The notes beneath the pieces were generated by a model, which worked only from the letters and a program-made list of their open reading frames with translations, did not search any database and was not told the DNA's origin. The translations under genes were made by a program, and so were the position numbers. Below are positions 63,390-64,000 of a DNA stretch of 64,000 bases, in pieces. The DNA comes from Candidatus Micrarchaeota archaeon (GTDB lineage: Archaea > Micrarchaeota > Micrarchaeia > Micrarchaeales > CABMGC01), in contig JAKAVK010000018.1 of assembly GCA_021817325.1 (NCBI GenBank), forward strand, positions 9,544 to 73,543. Reading direction: 5' to 3'. Position 1 is the first letter of the stretch; every line of letters begins with the position of its first letter.

Positions 63390-63454
63390 GTACCCCCTCC
63401 TTGCGTATTATAGCACTCGTTGTCTCCCCTGCCACGCAGGTGGCATGGCGCCAG

Positions 63455-63805
63455 TTACTGGGGCTCCTGTAGCTTCATTATCGCTTCTGCGATATCCCCA
63501 TTCGACTCCTCCAAAGCGTTCCTGGCAGCGTCGCTATCGCTTATGCCGGCTCTCTCCATGACCATCCTTACATCCTCGTCGCTGATCTCCGCCTTATCCT
63601 CGGTTTTTTGCTGCTCGCTGACTTCTCCGCTGATCTGGAAGCTTCTCATCCCCTGCGCCTCTATCATCGTCACCTGTGCAGGCTGTATGACTATATTCTT
63701 GTCCCTCCCCTCGATAACGACCCTCTCAGCGTCGATCTCGGTATTCTTTATGCCCATCCTTTCCATCATCTTCTTCAGGGCGCGGGGATCCATGTTAGGC
63801 ATCAT
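63455..63805 (-). CDS. nac: Nascent polypeptide-associated complex protein (archaeal NAC)
   Basis: 116-aa ORF. NAC domain (ERVVIEGRDKNIVIQPAQVTMIEAQGMRSFQISG) plus C-terminal UBA-like DAARNALEESNGDIAEAIMKL. Confidence 0.85.
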   Translation of the reverse strand: MMPNMDPRALKKMMERMGIKNTEIDAERVVIEGRDKNIVIQPAQVTMIEAQGMRSFQISGEVSEQQKTEDKAEISDEDVRMVMERAGISDSDAARNALEESNGDIAEAIMKLQEPQ

Positions 63806-63837
63806 AAACTCATCAGAGATATCTAACGGTGAACATA

Positions 63838-63846
63838 CATTTAAAT
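63838..63846. promoter_or_regulatory. Shared TATA-like element in a divergent intergenic region
   Basis: ATTTTAAAT lies 33-41 nt from the nac ATG (minus strand) and 30-38 nt from the plus-strand ATG at 63876. Confidence 0.35.
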
Positions 63847-63875
63847 TGGTGCCCTGAGACTTATTGATAGGTTAA

Positions 63876-64000
63876 ATGGCAGTTGACATATGGGATTCTG
63901 CGCTGAAACTTGCCTCTGACAACCTGCAAGCATTTGTAATACTGATGCTTGTATTCCTAATGATATACTTCGTCGTGCTCGAGCTATTTGACCTGGCGTT
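63876..64000 (+). CDS. 5' end of a membrane protein gene (truncated by the window edge)
   Basis: ATG at 63876; translation MAVDIWDSALKLASDNLQAFVILMLVFLMIYFVVLELFDLA contains a TM helix. The ORF is open to the end of the window. Confidence 0.35.
   Translation, partial: MAVDIWDSALKLASDNLQAFVILMLVFLMIYFVVLELFDLA

Noticed and set aside
1-64000. CRISPR arrays, rRNA genes, IS elements/transposases, toxin-antitoxin or restriction-modification modules
   Set aside because: Scanning both strands showed no regularly spaced short repeats, no rRNA-like sequence, no DDE/HUH transposase or integrase motifs, and no recognisable defence-system signatures.

Overview
Archaeal chromosomal window. Housekeeping genes include Topo VI-B, Rpo4/RpoF, L21e, Pelota, NAC, GGGP synthase, XPD, RNase Z, TruD, PurB and three tRNAs. 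ATA/AGG-rich codon usage, leaderless-type TTTAAAT promoters and an apparently non-canonical tRNA intron fit an acidophilic Thermoplasmata-like or DPANN/Micrarchaeota-like genome, but I cannot verify taxonomy. The main result is a roughly 17 kb minus-strand gene array (2415-19541) that reads as a conjugative-pilus / type IV secretion-like (Ced/Ted-like) apparatus. It encodes two tandem VirB2/TrbC-like pilins, a polytopic membrane protein and six tandem paralogous polytopic membrane proteins with signal peptides and a shared R-x-F-x-x-T-R-x-x-G-G motif. It also encodes two paralogous 2-TM plus soluble-domain proteins, a VirB4/HerA-type ATPase (DEAW Walker B), small accessory proteins and an 817-aa protein with many N-glycosylation sequons. 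A compact second copy of the same system lies at 47495-52231, with one pilin, one polytopic paralog, one 2-TM protein, an ATPase and a wHTH coiled-coil protein. No relaxase, VirD4-type coupling protein or integrase is visible. Other notable content: a more AT-rich glycosylation island (19.7-30.2 kb) with two diverged paralogs sharing a 99-bp identical tract; a mosaic of short gene fragments (rpoF/pelota/membrane-protein paralog) at 27.1-27.5 kb; a single-repeat half-size TBP; a truncated PurE; an MTH1-like protein with a degenerate Nudix box; and two orphan class III signal peptide (type IV pilin-like) proteins. No CRISPR array, rRNA or recognisable transposase was seen. All family assignments come from reading motifs by eye and need profile or structure searches.
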